The notes: generated by a model from the letters alone, not told the origin. Shown: positions 1-9,444, numbered from the stretch's first letter. The stretch is DNA of 24,000 bases from an uncultured Gammaproteobacteria bacterium (GCA_902606745.1 CACLHR010000016.1:1-24000), one strand, 5' to 3'. A program made the numbers and translations.

Positions 1-68
1 TTGATAAAGAGAAAATTGAACAAATACCTGTTAACGAGTTTATGGACATGTTTTTGAGCAAGGATTAA
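1..68 (+). CDS. 3' fragment of a truncated upstream CDS, unknown product (frame 3: ...DKEKIEQIPVNEFMDMFLSKD*)
   Basis: Open frame from the window edge to TAA at 66-68 with a plausible charged C-terminus; too short to identify. Confidence 0.35.
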   Translation, partial: DKEKIEQIPVNEFMDMFLSKD

Positions 69-85
69 TGGAAACAGCTTATGTC

Positions 86-1018
86 TTATTTTGAGGATTG
101 AATTTGCGAGAGAATTACCCCTGTAGTTACTATTACTGCACCAATCGCTTGCTGCCAATTCCAACTCTCGCCCAGTAAAAAAAGAAAAAGCATCACATAA
201 AATGGTAAAGCATTCAAATGAAATGAAGCTATGCCAATTCCAAGCCCTCTTACACCCCTTATCCACAAAATTTGTGATATTGCAAATCCAAACCAAGCAT
301 AGATAAGTAATAGCCCAAAATGTCTTATTGTAATTTCAGGATATGGCCCAATGAATTGAAAAAATGAATTACAAATAACATACAAAACAAGAGCAAAGAC
401 TACCATCCCAAAAGTTGTTATGGTTGCTTGCCCAAGAGAGGTCATTTCTGGAAGATTTTTTACTGTTGCACGGGATCCCCAAGCAAATATTGCTGCAGGT
501 AAAAAAATAAGCACAGTCCCCAAACGAAGTCCGAAACTAACACTATCAAGAGTTGCCCCCGTTGCCAAAAAACCCCCAAATAACACTAAAATAATTCCCA
601 TCAAAAACCATCGCCTAATTCTCCTTCCATCAAGGATGACCTCTAAAGTCACTGCCGCCAATGGCATCGTAGCAGTAGAAAGCGCAGCAATTACAGGTGT
701 TGTTACTGATTGCAGATAAAGTAACAAAAAAGAGCCCATTCCAAAACCTATTCCACCAATCCAGAGTCCTTTAATCCAATTAGCGTTTTTTACAGTAGTA
801 CTTCCTTCAAGAACAATCCAAATAACAAATAATAAGGCAAATGCAAATAAATTTCTAACCGTTATAATTGTCAGAATATCCCAGTCATCCAACAAAAATT
901 CTGCTGCAGGAAATCCTAATGCAAAAATACTAATACATAAAACAAGGATAGCATTCGATTTAATGATTTCAGAACCCTCATGTTTTGAGACTTCTGAATG
1001 AGATTTTTTCCAAAGCAT
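86..1018 (-). CDS. DMT-superfamily EamA-type transporter (about 10 TM)
   Basis: 310 aa, strongly hydrophobic with repeated TM segments; motifs such as 'TPVIAALSTATMPLAAVTLEVILDGRR' and the C-terminal 'LPFYVMLFLFLLGESWNWQQAIGAVIVTTGVILSQ' resemble EamA duplicated domains. Confidence 0.85.
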   Translation of the reverse strand: MLWKKSHSEVSKHEGSEIIKSNAILVLCISIFALGFPAAEFLLDDWDILTIITVRNLFAFALLFVIWIVLEGSTTVKNANWIKGLWIGGIGFGMGSFLLLYLQSVTTPVIAALSTATMPLAAVTLEVILDGRRIRRWFLMGIILVLFGGFLATGATLDSVSFGLRLGTVLIFLPAAIFAWGSRATVKNLPEMTSLGQATITTFGMVVFALVLYVICNSFFQFIGPYPEITIRHFGLLLIYAWFGFAISQILWIRGVRGLGIGIASFHLNALPFYVMLFLFLLGESWNWQQAIGAVIVTTGVILSQIQSSK

Positions 1019-1162
1019 TCTTTTTTTAGCAGTTTTTTATAAATAATTGACATGCGCAATATTACAGTGAGAAAGAGTATAAAAAAAATAATTTTAATAA
1101 TTTTTTGTTGCATAAATTATGGAGTTGAGACATAATGAATTTATCATTTTTAATTCAAAATA

Positions 1163-2347
1163 ATGGCTATGAAACAAAGTAGGAGAAGGTTTGATAAGTC
1201 TGAATACCTAGAAAGACAAAGAAAAACTAGAATGGCTATGGAGTCTGAAGGTGTCGACCTATTGATTGTTTATGATCCTGCCAATATGTGCTGGCTTACG
1301 GGTTACGATGGATGGTCATTTTATGTGCACCAATGTGTCGTAATTGGTACTGATGGTCTACTTTTTTGGTACGGCAGAGGCATTGATGCTAAAGGTGCTG
1401 AGCTTACAACAGACCTCGACCTAGATGACATTATTCCCTATTCAGACGATTATGTGATGAGTACGGAGCGTCACCCGATGGAGTTTCTCGCTACTATATT
1501 AAAAGATCAAGGATTAAATAAAAAAAGAATTGGTTTAGAAAAAGATAATTATTATTTTTCAGCTCGAGCTGCTGAATCTTTATATGGTTGCCTTCCGGAT
1601 GCAATTTTTAGTGATCAAACCGGTCTAGTCAATTGGCAAAGAGCAGTCAAGTCAGATACTGAGATTACCTATATGAGACGTGCAGGAAAAGTTATAGAGG
1701 GCGTCTACGAGCGAGTCATGAAAGTCGCTAAACCTGGTATGAGGAAAAATGATTTGGTTGCTGAAATAATGCATGCAGGTGCTCAAGGTCATCAAGGTCA
1801 TTATGGCGACTACACTTCATTCGTGCCTCTTATTGGAGCTGGTGATGAAGCGGCAGCTTGTCACATGACTTGGAATGATCAACAATTGAATAACAATGAA
1901 GGCATGTTTTTGGAATTGGCTGGTGCTTATGCCAGATATCATTGCCCTTGCTCAAGGACTTTATTTTTAGGTAGTCCTCCGCAACAATACCTCGACATTG
2001 AAAAGGTAATTTATGAATGTATTGAAAATGCAATTTCAATGTTTAAACCTGGCAATAAATGTGCTGAAATATCCGATAACTTTACGGCGACTCTAAAAAA
2101 ATACGGTTATGAAAAAAATAATCGCTGTGGTTACCCTATTGGACTTAGCTACCCCCCCGACTGGGGTGAGCGTACAATGAGTCTTCGTGGTAATGATCAA
2201 ACCATTCTACAGGAAAATATGACATTTCATTTTATGCCAGCTATCTGGTTTGATGACTGGGGCTTTGAAATGACAGAAAGCATTCGGGTTGGAAAGAATT
2301 CTGGAGAATGCTTGTCCAAGGTTCCTAGACAATTATTGGTTAAATAG
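1163..2347 (+). CDS. doeA: Ectoine hydrolase, M24 (Xaa-Pro aminopeptidase-like) family
   Basis: 394 aa M24 creatinase/prolidase-like fold with N-terminal 'LLIVYDPANMCWLTGYDGWSFYVHQ' and 'GVYERVMKVAKPGMRKNDLVAEI'; metal-ligand positions look atypical for a peptidase, as in DoeA/EutD. Identity supported by the adjacent doeB. Confidence 0.85.
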   Translation: MAMKQSRRRFDKSEYLERQRKTRMAMESEGVDLLIVYDPANMCWLTGYDGWSFYVHQCVVIGTDGLLFWYGRGIDAKGAELTTDLDLDDIIPYSDDYVMSTERHPMEFLATILKDQGLNKKRIGLEKDNYYFSARAAESLYGCLPDAIFSDQTGLVNWQRAVKSDTEITYMRRAGKVIEGVYERVMKVAKPGMRKNDLVAEIMHAGAQGHQGHYGDYTSFVPLIGAGDEAAACHMTWNDQQLNNNEGMFLELAGAYARYHCPCSRTLFLGSPPQQYLDIEKVIYECIENAISMFKPGNKCAEISDNFTATLKKYGYEKNNRCGYPIGLSYPPDWGERTMSLRGNDQTILQENMTFHFMPAIWFDDWGFEMTESIRVGKNSGECLSKVPRQLLVK

Positions 2348-2354
2348 CAATATT

Positions 2355-3353
2355 ATGAGAGATAACCCAATTAGCACTTCATTAAGCTTTGATAAGGATG
2401 GTATTCAGCACGGCTTTTTGAAGGTTCCTTACTCGAGCAATAAATCTGCTTGGGGTGCAGTGATGATTCCAATTACTCAATTTAAAAATGGTGACGGACC
2501 GTCAGCGATATTAACTGGAGCCAACCATGGGGATGAATATGAAGGTCCAATCGCTTTATTTAACTTGAGCGCACGTTCAAACATTGATGACATTCAAGGT
2601 CGTGTAATTATTGTTCCTGCAATGAATTACCCAGCCTTTCAATCTGGTGATCGGGTCTCCCCGATCGACAACATTAATTTAAATCGTACCTTCCCTGGGA
2701 AGCCAGATGGCACAGTAACACAAATTATTGCTGACTATTTTTCTCGAACTCTATTACCAATGTGCGAATATGTGTTAGACATACATTCTGGCGGAAAAAC
2801 GCTAGATTGCCTTCCCTTTGCAGCGTCTCATGTTTTGGAGGACAAAGACCAAGAAAAAGCTTGTGAGTCAGCTGCCAAGGCATTTGGTGCTCCATATCTA
2901 CTAAAAATGCTAGAACTTGATTCTGGCGGTATGTACGACTCTCAGGTTGAATCGATGGGAAAAATATTCGTTACAACTGAGCTTGGTGGAGGTGGAACAA
3001 GCTCTCCAAAAACAATAGAAATAGCAAAAAGAGGGGTTAATAATTTTCTTGTTCATGCAGGCATTATTAAAGGGAAACTTAATCCCTCTCCCACGCCAAC
3101 TGTTTCACTAAATATGCCTGATGAACGCTCATTTGTCTGTTGCGAACATCGAGGATTAGTAGAACCATCAGTTGAACTTGGTGACATAGTAAATAAAGGC
3201 GACCTCCTTGCAAAGATTCATAACATTGATAGAACGTCGACAACACCACATGAATACTACGCCAATAGAGATGGAATGGTCATTGTTAAGCATTCACCAT
3301 CAATAATTAATATTGGTGACAATCTTAATGTGATTGCAGAGGTTGTTAACTGA
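2355..3353 (+). CDS. doeB: N-alpha-acetyl-L-2,4-diaminobutyrate deacetylase (succinylglutamate desuccinylase/aspartoacylase family)
   Basis: Zn ligand motifs 'GANHGDEYEGP' and 'YVLDIHSGG'. The ORF track starts at 2289, overlapping doeA by 59 bp; ATG at 2355 (MRDNPISTSLSF...) just after the doeA stop is the more plausible start. Confidence 0.85.
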   Translation: MRDNPISTSLSFDKDGIQHGFLKVPYSSNKSAWGAVMIPITQFKNGDGPSAILTGANHGDEYEGPIALFNLSARSNIDDIQGRVIIVPAMNYPAFQSGDRVSPIDNINLNRTFPGKPDGTVTQIIADYFSRTLLPMCEYVLDIHSGGKTLDCLPFAASHVLEDKDQEKACESAAKAFGAPYLLKMLELDSGGMYDSQVESMGKIFVTTELGGGGTSSPKTIEIAKRGVNNFLVHAGIIKGKLNPSPTPTVSLNMPDERSFVCCEHRGLVEPSVELGDIVNKGDLLAKIHNIDRTSTTPHEYYANRDGMVIVKHSPSIINIGDNLNVIAEVVN

Positions 3354-3383
3354 CACCGTGAACGAAAAGGTGTTACAAGAAAT

Positions 3384-3875
3384 CTATTTAACAACTCCAG
3401 ATCTGCGAATTAAACTATCCGGCACAACTTCTGTATCTTTAATTCTATCAAGGACAGCATAACTAAAATACCGTCTGAGTCCAATATTAGCTTTTAAAAC
3501 TCTTTTTAAAAAATCTTGATAGTCTGTAACATCCTTAACAAGGACTTTCAAAATATAATCTAAACCTCCACCCACTGACCAACATGAAAGCACTTCATCA
3601 AAACCTAGGATGGCATCTTCAAAACGAGCAAATTCACCTTCTTTGTGACTTTCAAGTTCAACTTCAGTAATCACTAGATGAAAATTTTTCAGAAATGGAG
3701 AAGATAATCTTACACCATAACTCTCAATAATACCTTCTTCTTCTAACCTTTGAAGTCTGTCCCAAGAAGGTGTAAGTGACAAGTTAAGTCTATCCGCTAG
3801 GGCTGTTTTTGTAATTCTACCTTCTTCTTGGAGAATAGAAAGTATTTGAATGTCTCTTTCATCGAGTTTATACAT
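3384..3875 (-). CDS. doeX: Lrp/AsnC-family transcriptional regulator (DoeX-like)
   Basis: 163 aa; N-terminal HTH 'LDERDIQILSILQEEGRITKTALADRLNLSLTPSWDRLQRLEEEGIIESY' plus RAM-like C-terminal domain; next to doeAB. Confidence 0.8.
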   Translation of the reverse strand: MYKLDERDIQILSILQEEGRITKTALADRLNLSLTPSWDRLQRLEEEGIIESYGVRLSSPFLKNFHLVITEVELESHKEGEFARFEDAILGFDEVLSCWSVGGGLDYILKVLVKDVTDYQDFLKRVLKANIGLRRYFSYAVLDRIKDTEVVPDSLIRRSGVVK

Positions 3876-3960
3876 GAGAAGATTATCTCATAAAATCGAT
3901 AAAATTGCTAATTTTTCAGAAAAAACAACAATATAAATACTGTTTTATCCCATAAAACCT

Positions 3961-4695
3961 TTAATTCATTCTTTTACTAAGTACATGTAAGATTTGTTCA
4001 AAAGTAGACTGATTGGAGGTAAAGACTGGCTTCCCAATAGCCCTTTCGATTTCAGGAATAATTTCTGTAGACCTTAGTGCTGTGCAGGAAATAAATAAGG
4101 CATCAGCCTTATCATCAATGGCTAATTTTGCAGCAGCAATGATATCACCAGGAATCACCATAGCGACATCTCTATCATCATCCATATCCATATGCATTGC
4201 AGATACAATTTCCAAACCTTGTCGCTGCAAATAATCACCTAATAAAGTTGACACGTCATTATTGTACGGTGTTAATACACTGATTTTATAAATACCTTTA
4301 AGCATAATATCTCCAACAACAGCCTGAGATGTAGTGAGAACTTTTGCACTTGGCTTGCTCTTTTGGATGGCTAACTTGACAGCCTCATCGCCTAAAATGG
4401 AGGAAGAAGAGGTGCAATTAAAAACAACAATATCAAGATCGTAGCCAGGCAGTATTTCATTGGAAACTTGAGTCAAATCACCTTCCATAGCTGCTAAGGA
4501 ATCCGGCGTCATCGGGTTAGCAAAATGAATTCTATTAAAATAAAAGTCAAATTCTGGTTGATGTTCATTGTAAAGACGCACAAAATCACGCTCAAAAGTG
4601 AAATCAGTGTTAAGTACAATTAAACCAACAGAAGATCTGGCAATATTGTTAGATAAATTCTTTGGGATTCGATATTTTGTTGAATTAATCGTCAT
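3961..4695 (-). CDS. eutA: EutA-like protein of the Asp/Glu racemase / maleate isomerase / arylmalonate decarboxylase superfamily
   Basis: 244 aa with the paired catalytic-type Cys motifs 'FNCTSSSSILGD' and 'ISCTALRSTEIIPEIE'; genomic context with doeA/doeB. Confidence 0.7.
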   Translation of the reverse strand: MTINSTKYRIPKNLSNNIARSSVGLIVLNTDFTFERDFVRLYNEHQPEFDFYFNRIHFANPMTPDSLAAMEGDLTQVSNEILPGYDLDIVVFNCTSSSSILGDEAVKLAIQKSKPSAKVLTTSQAVVGDIMLKGIYKISVLTPYNNDVSTLLGDYLQRQGLEIVSAMHMDMDDDRDVAMVIPGDIIAAAKLAIDDKADALFISCTALRSTEIIPEIERAIGKPVFTSNQSTFEQILHVLSKRMN

Positions 4696-4708
4696 AATTA
4701 ATAATTAT

Positions 4709-5038
4709 TTAGTGTTGAATAGATTTAGAAAATAAGTGCATCACAACAACGCCTGAAATAATTAAAGCCATACCAATTATAGAAGCAAGGTCTGGTACCT
4801 CTTTGTAAACAAATGTACCAATAATAGCAACCAAAACGATTCCAAGTCCCGACCAAACAGCGTACACTACACCAAGAGGCAAGTCCCTTAAAGCAAGTGT
4901 CATTAGCCAGAATGAAATAAGATAGAAAATTACAAGAAAAGTTGTGGGTATGAGTTTTGTAAACTCTTCTGTAACCTTAAGAAGACTTGTACCAGCAACT
5001 TCAGCTGCAATTGCTAATGCTAAATAAAAATAACTCAT
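4709..5038 (-). CDS. Small multidrug resistance (SMR/EmrE-like) family transporter
   Basis: 109 aa, 4 TM, 'YLALAIAAEVAGTSLLK' with the membrane Glu, and 'GVVYAVWSGLGIVLVAIIG' signature. Confidence 0.88.
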   Translation of the reverse strand: MSYFYLALAIAAEVAGTSLLKVTEEFTKLIPTTFLVIFYLISFWLMTLALRDLPLGVVYAVWSGLGIVLVAIIGTFVYKEVPDLASIIGMALIISGVVVMHLFSKSIQH

Positions 5039-5106
5039 TTCACTCTTAAAAATCCAACAAAAATCAAAGTATAACCTGTAGAGAACTACGATATTAATAA
5101 AAGTAT

Positions 5107-5453
5107 GAAGTTGGTCTATAAGCCGGGTTCTGTTTGACCGAAGTCATGATAGTCATTCATCTAAGATAATTGTCACCAAGTATCTTTAGCACTCTACCCG
5201 AAGACAGCGCGAGTCACACCAATGCCTTCCTATTTGAGCTTGCTCCAAGTGGGGTTTACCTTGCCACACTTATTACTAAGTGCGCGGTGCGCTCTTACCG
5301 CACCATTGCACCCTTACCTATCAGATAGGCGGTATTCTTTCTGTTGCACTTTCCGTCGCATCACTGCGCCTAGTCGTTAACTAGCACTTCACTCTGCGGA
5401 GCCCGGACTTTCCTCTTAATGCATCTGCATTCAGCGACTATCCGACCAACTTC
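5107..5453 (-). ncRNA. rnpB: RNase P RNA (bacterial type A)
   Basis: Minus strand reads GAAGTTGGTC...GAGGAAAGTCCGGGCTCC...GTAAGGGTGCAATGGTGCGGTAAGAGCGCACCGC...GGTAAACCCCACTTGGAGCAAG...AGATGAATGACT...ACAGAACCCGGCTTATAGACCAACTTC; the 10-nt ends are perfectly complementary (P1 helix). Confidence 0.96.
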
Positions 5454-5462
5454 AAAGGAAAA

Positions 5463-5468
5463 TTATAC
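5463..5468 (-). promoter_or_regulatory. -10 element (TATAAT) of the putative rnpB promoter
   Basis: Perfect TATAAT on the minus strand, ending about 9-10 bp upstream of the inferred rnpB 5' end; weak -35-like TTTAAA/TTGTTT 16-19 bp further upstream. Confidence 0.6.
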
Positions 5469-5519
5469 GCTAGGATTGATGAATTTAAACAAAGCGCTTG
5501 TATTCTCTATAGACTTCGA

Positions 5520-7016
5520 CTAATTTGACTCTGTAAGAGGGATGCTATCGAAAACCTTGTGAATATTATGGCCTTCAGTGTCAACTGCTACAGTGACCGG
5601 CATATCTTTAACTTCAAGCTCGTAAATTGCCTCCATGCCGATATCTTCAAAGGCAACGATTTTAGCTTTTTTAATGGATTTGGAGATCAAATAGGCCGAA
5701 CCGCCAACTGCTATCAAGTAGCTTGCCTTATGTTTTTTGATGCTTCGTATTGCGGATTCGCCTCTTTCAGCTTTACCGATCATACCAAGAATCCCAGTAT
5801 TTTCAAGCATCATGTCTGTAAATTTGTCTAGACGAGTCGCAGTAGTCGGTCCAGCTGGCCCAATTACCTCATCTCCAACTGCCTCTACTGGACCCACATA
5901 GTAAATAAATTTATTTTTAAAATTAACACCTTTTGGTAAACCTTCGCCGCTCTCAATCATCATATTTAAGCGTTTATGGGCTGCATCTCGACCGGTAATC
6001 AAGGCACCTGTTAGCAATAAAGTATCGCCAATATTCCAGTCCTGCATTTGTTCACGTGTCAAGCTATCTAAATCAACCTTTGTGTACTGCGAAACATCCA
6101 TCTCCAAATCAGGATAGAGATCGATATCCACCTCTGGCAATTCAGCAACACCTGAACCGTCAAGGGTAAAATGGACATGCCTCGTTGCAGCACAATTTGG
6201 TATCATGGCAACTGGTTGAGAGGCTGCATGAGTTGGATAATCATGAATCTTTACATCAAGAACAGTTGTCAGACCACCTAAACCTTGCGCACCGATACCA
6301 AGCTCATTAATCCTATTAAATAAGTCAATTCTGAGTGCTTCAATTTCAGTATGTTGGTTTTTTTCTTGTAATTCATTGATATCAATCGGCTCCATCAAAG
6401 ATGATTTTGCCATTAACATAGCCTTTTCTGCGGTTCCACCCACTCCGATACCGATAATGCCGGGTGGACACCAACCAGCACCCATTGTTGGTATTGTTCT
6501 CATCACCCAGTCTGTTAAATTATCATCAGGATTAAGGACACTGAACTTGGCTTTATTTTCTGAACCACAACCTTTTGCGGCAACAACAATATCTAACTTA
6601 GCACCCGGCACAAGCTTTGTATGAATAACTGCTGGAGTGTTGTCTTGTGTATTTTTTCTAGTAAACAAGGGGTCACTGACTATCGAAGCTCTTAGTCGGT
6701 TATCGGCATCATTGTAGGCTCTTCGAACGCCTTCGTTGACCATCTCTTCTAAAGAAAGTTCAGCTTCCCATTGGACCTCCATACCAACTTCGATAAAAAC
6801 ATTAACAATTCCTGTGTCTTGACAAATTGGACGCTTGCCTATTGCGCACATTTTTGAATTGATTAGAATTTGTGCTATCGCATTTTTAGCACTTTTATTG
6901 GTCTCTTTTTCATACGCCAAAACCATAGCTTTGATAAAATCAGGGGAGTGATAATATGAAATATATTGTAGCGAAGAATAAATACTTTCTATGAAATGTT
7001 CTTGTTTTATTTTCAT
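5520..7016 (-). CDS. fumA: Fumarate hydratase, class I (iron-sulfur, fused alpha/beta)
   Basis: 498 aa; cluster-type Cys in 'KRPICQDTG', 'AAKGCGSENK', 'GAGWCPPGIIGIGVGG'; C-terminal beta domain 'VGPVEAVGDEVIGPAGPTTATRLDKFTDMML'. Confidence 0.92.
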   Translation of the reverse strand: MKIKQEHFIESIYSSLQYISYYHSPDFIKAMVLAYEKETNKSAKNAIAQILINSKMCAIGKRPICQDTGIVNVFIEVGMEVQWEAELSLEEMVNEGVRRAYNDADNRLRASIVSDPLFTRKNTQDNTPAVIHTKLVPGAKLDIVVAAKGCGSENKAKFSVLNPDDNLTDWVMRTIPTMGAGWCPPGIIGIGVGGTAEKAMLMAKSSLMEPIDINELQEKNQHTEIEALRIDLFNRINELGIGAQGLGGLTTVLDVKIHDYPTHAASQPVAMIPNCAATRHVHFTLDGSGVAELPEVDIDLYPDLEMDVSQYTKVDLDSLTREQMQDWNIGDTLLLTGALITGRDAAHKRLNMMIESGEGLPKGVNFKNKFIYYVGPVEAVGDEVIGPAGPTTATRLDKFTDMMLENTGILGMIGKAERGESAIRSIKKHKASYLIAVGGSAYLISKSIKKAKIVAFEDIGMEAIYELEVKDMPVTVAVDTEGHNIHKVFDSIPLTESN

Positions 7017-7108
7017 ATTTATTTAGCTATGGGTATTGTCTAATGAAACCAAGCAGGTTATATTATATCCTCTAACCATTTTAATCAATATCTAGCTAGG
7101 AATTTCTT

Positions 7109-8140
7109 ATGTTTAATTTTTTCAAAGGCCAAAACCTTTCTATCGACCTAGGAACGGCGAACACACTTATCTATATGGATGGCAAGGTGGTCTTAAATGA
7201 ACCCTCAGTTGTTGCTCTTCGAAACGAAAAAGGAGCTTCAGAATCGACGGTTATTGCTGTAGGCCAGGAAGCAAAAAACATGCTTGGCAGGACTCCGGGA
7301 GCTATTGAGGCGATTAGACCGATGAAGGATGGTGTTATTGCAGACTTTAAGGTCACTGAGAAAATGCTACAATTCTTTATGAAAAAAGTACTCAAATCAG
7401 GTTTTTTTTCACCAAGCCCAAAAGTCCTTATTTGTGTGCCCTGTGGCGCCACCCAAGTTGAGAGACGAGCCATCAAAGAAAGCGCTGTTGGTGCTGGAGC
7501 GAGAGATGTATATCTGATTGAAGAACCTATGGCAGCAGCACTTGGTGCCGGCATGCCAATTGAAGAAGCCTCTGGCACAATGGTATTGGATATTGGAGGA
7601 GGAACTACTGAAATTGCGATTATATCTTTAAATGGTATTGTTTATTCTGACTCTTTAAGATGTGGTGGTGATGTTTTTGATGACACCATCGTTAAATTTG
7701 TAAGAAGAGTTCATGGAATCATCATTGGTGAGGCAACCGCTGAACAGATCAAAGAAGAAGTTGGAAGCGCCTTTGAATCAAAAGTAGTTAAAAAGATTGA
7801 GTTCCGAGGTCGTGATGTTGCTAGAGGTCTACCAGTAAGCTTTGAGGTCACTAATAGTGAGATATTGGAAGCTCTAAGTGAACCTCTTGGAATGATAATT
7901 AACTGTTTAAGAACAGCATTAGAGCAAACTCCACCTGAACTGTCTTCTGACATTGCGCAAAATGGTTTAGTAATCACTGGTGGTGGTGCACTTTTAGAAG
8001 GCATTGATAAGCTAATAAATAATCAAACAAACCTCCCAGTTAGCATTGCCGATGACCCTCTTACTTGTGTCGCCAGAGGGGGCGGCATAGCATTGGATAT
8101 GATTAATCAACTTGACATGGGGTTCTTGGCTGCAGAATAA
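7109..8140 (+). CDS. mreB: Rod shape-determining protein MreB
   Basis: 343 aa; actin-fold motifs '[13 protein letters not shown]', '[16 protein letters not shown]', '[17 protein letters not shown]'. Confidence 0.98.
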   Translation: MFNFFKGQNLSIDLGTANTLIYMDGKVVLNEPSVVALRNEKGASESTVIAVGQEAKNMLGRTPGAIEAIRPMKDGVIADFKVTEKMLQFFMKKVLKSGFFSPSPKVLICVPCGATQVERRAIKESAVGAGARDVYLIEEPMAAALGAGMPIEEASGTMVLDIGGGTTEIAIISLNGIVYSDSLRCGGDVFDDTIVKFVRRVHGIIIGEATAEQIKEEVGSAFESKVVKKIEFRGRDVARGLPVSFEVTNSEILEALSEPLGMIINCLRTALEQTPPELSSDIAQNGLVITGGGALLEGIDKLINNQTNLPVSIADDPLTCVARGGGIALDMINQLDMGFLAAE

Positions 8141-8167
8141 CTATAGATATAAGTCGAACGGTTAACA

Positions 8168-8971
8168 ATGCGACTTTTTAAACTACTTGTACCAATCTTG
8201 ATCTCAATAATACTTATTGTATTGGATGCACGATTTTCGTACTTAGATAATTTCAAACGTTTCACTTTAACTCTTCTCTCACCTATATACTTTGTCGTAG
8301 ACCTACCTAACCATGTTGTCGATTGGGTAAACGATCAAGGCAGCGAAAAAGCGCAACTGATTAGTGAAAACGAATACCTAGAAGGTAAGCTAATTGAACT
8401 CAAAGCCAGACTTCAAACCTACAATAATCTTGTTCTAGAAAATCAAAAATTGACCCAATTACTGGATGCCACTTATACGATTCCTGAACATCAAATAACC
8501 TTAGCACATGTTAAATCAATCTCTCAATCGAGATTAAAAAAACAAATAATAATTAACAAAGGCAGTAAAGATGGTGTTCGCAATACACAGTTGATAGTAG
8601 GTTCCGACGGTGTGGTTGGGCAAGTCACTCTAGTGACGCCTCTCTACTCAACTGTACTACTTATAACTGACCCAACTCAACACATGCCCGTTAAAAATGT
8701 TAGAAACGGCATTAGAGGCGTTACCAAGGGCTTAGCGACTAATGAAAGAGGAATGAGTGTTGAATTTATACCATTGGACTCGGATGTAAAATTGGGTGAC
8801 ATTTTTGTAACAAGTGGTGTTGGCACAACATACCCCCCCGGATATCTGGTTGGCGAGGTATCTAAGATTGATAAACCACCCAATGAAGCTTTTTTAACGA
8901 TAACACTTAAACCAATGCAAAATATGGATAAATTAGAATTTATTTTGATCATTTCACAAAAAAATGACTAA
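8168..8971 (+). CDS. mreC: Rod shape-determining protein MreC
   Basis: N-terminal TM, coiled coil, and 'NKGSKDGVRNTQLIVGSDGVVGQVTLVTPLYSTVLLITDP'; position between mreB and mreD. Confidence 0.95.
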   Translation: MRLFKLLVPILISIILIVLDARFSYLDNFKRFTLTLLSPIYFVVDLPNHVVDWVNDQGSEKAQLISENEYLEGKLIELKARLQTYNNLVLENQKLTQLLDATYTIPEHQITLAHVKSISQSRLKKQIIINKGSKDGVRNTQLIVGSDGVVGQVTLVTPLYSTVLLITDPTQHMPVKNVRNGIRGVTKGLATNERGMSVEFIPLDSDVKLGDIFVTSGVGTTYPPGYLVGEVSKIDKPPNEAFLTITLKPMQNMDKLEFILIISQKND

Positions 8972-9431
8972 GAATAACTCACTTTTATTGCTAACTAAAA
9001 TAACCATTATTGCACTCATAGTTGGCGCAATTTCATTGCCTTCTGCATTGGAAATAGCTTCCCCCTTCTGGATGTTGATCTTCTTTATTTACTGGATCAT
9101 ATATACCGATACTAAAGCGCTATACCTATTTGCGTTAATACTCGGTCTCTTAACTGACATATTACAAGGAAACATTCTTGGTCAAAATGCTTTAGCTTTG
9201 CTGATTAGCTCTGCTTTTATTTTTAATGTCAAAAAATCATTTTATGTTTCAAACATTACTACTCAACAGGTCTATATTTTTATCGCCTCTCTCATCTACT
9301 TAATCGCTCTACTATTGACTCATATAGCAATCCAGGGTTTCGATTTCAACTGGTTGATACTACTTTCACCTTTCACCGGTTCAATTATCTGGCCCGCTAT
9401 TCGTCTATTCTTGGCAAAACTTAAACATTAA
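8964..9431 (+). CDS. mreD: Rod shape-determining protein MreD
   Basis: 155 aa multi-TM protein overlapping the mreC end by 8 bp; 'LGLLTDILQGNILGQNAL' resembles MreD. Confidence 0.9.
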   Translation: MTKNNSLLLLTKITIIALIVGAISLPSALEIASPFWMLIFFIYWIIYTDTKALYLFALILGLLTDILQGNILGQNALALLISSAFIFNVKKSFYVSNITTQQVYIFIASLIYLIALLLTHIAIQGFDFNWLILLSPFTGSIIWPAIRLFLAKLKH

Positions 9432-9444
9432 ATAATCATCCTGT

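Noticed and set aside
420-719. Opposite-strand ORF (99 aa) inside the EamA gene, and similar antisense ORFs inside doeA, eutA, fumA, mreB, mreC, mrdA, tgt, recA, dnaE, coaBC and the 21681-23222 gene
   Set aside because: All lie antisense within confidently coding genes, show no recognisable domain and have compositions typical of shadow ORFs.
916-1113. 65 aa ORF on the minus strand overlapping the EamA gene start
   Set aside because: Short, Ile/Phe/Lys-rich and overlaps the EamA 5' end; typical spurious ORF from AT-rich intergenic sequence.
2289-2354. ORF-track N-terminal extension of doeB overlapping doeA by 59 bp
   Set aside because: The extension is a frame-shifted read of the doeA C-terminus; ATG at 2355 gives a normal short gap between the two genes.
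3350-3377. Hairpin TGACACC-gtgaacgaaaa-GGTGTTA between convergent doeB and doeX, considered as a bidirectional terminator
   Set aside because: The stem is short with a G-U pair and has no T tract on either side.
5039-5520. Possibility that the region between the SMR gene and fumarase is an accessory repeat or mobile element
   Set aside because: Fully explained by rnpB and its promoter on the minus strand.
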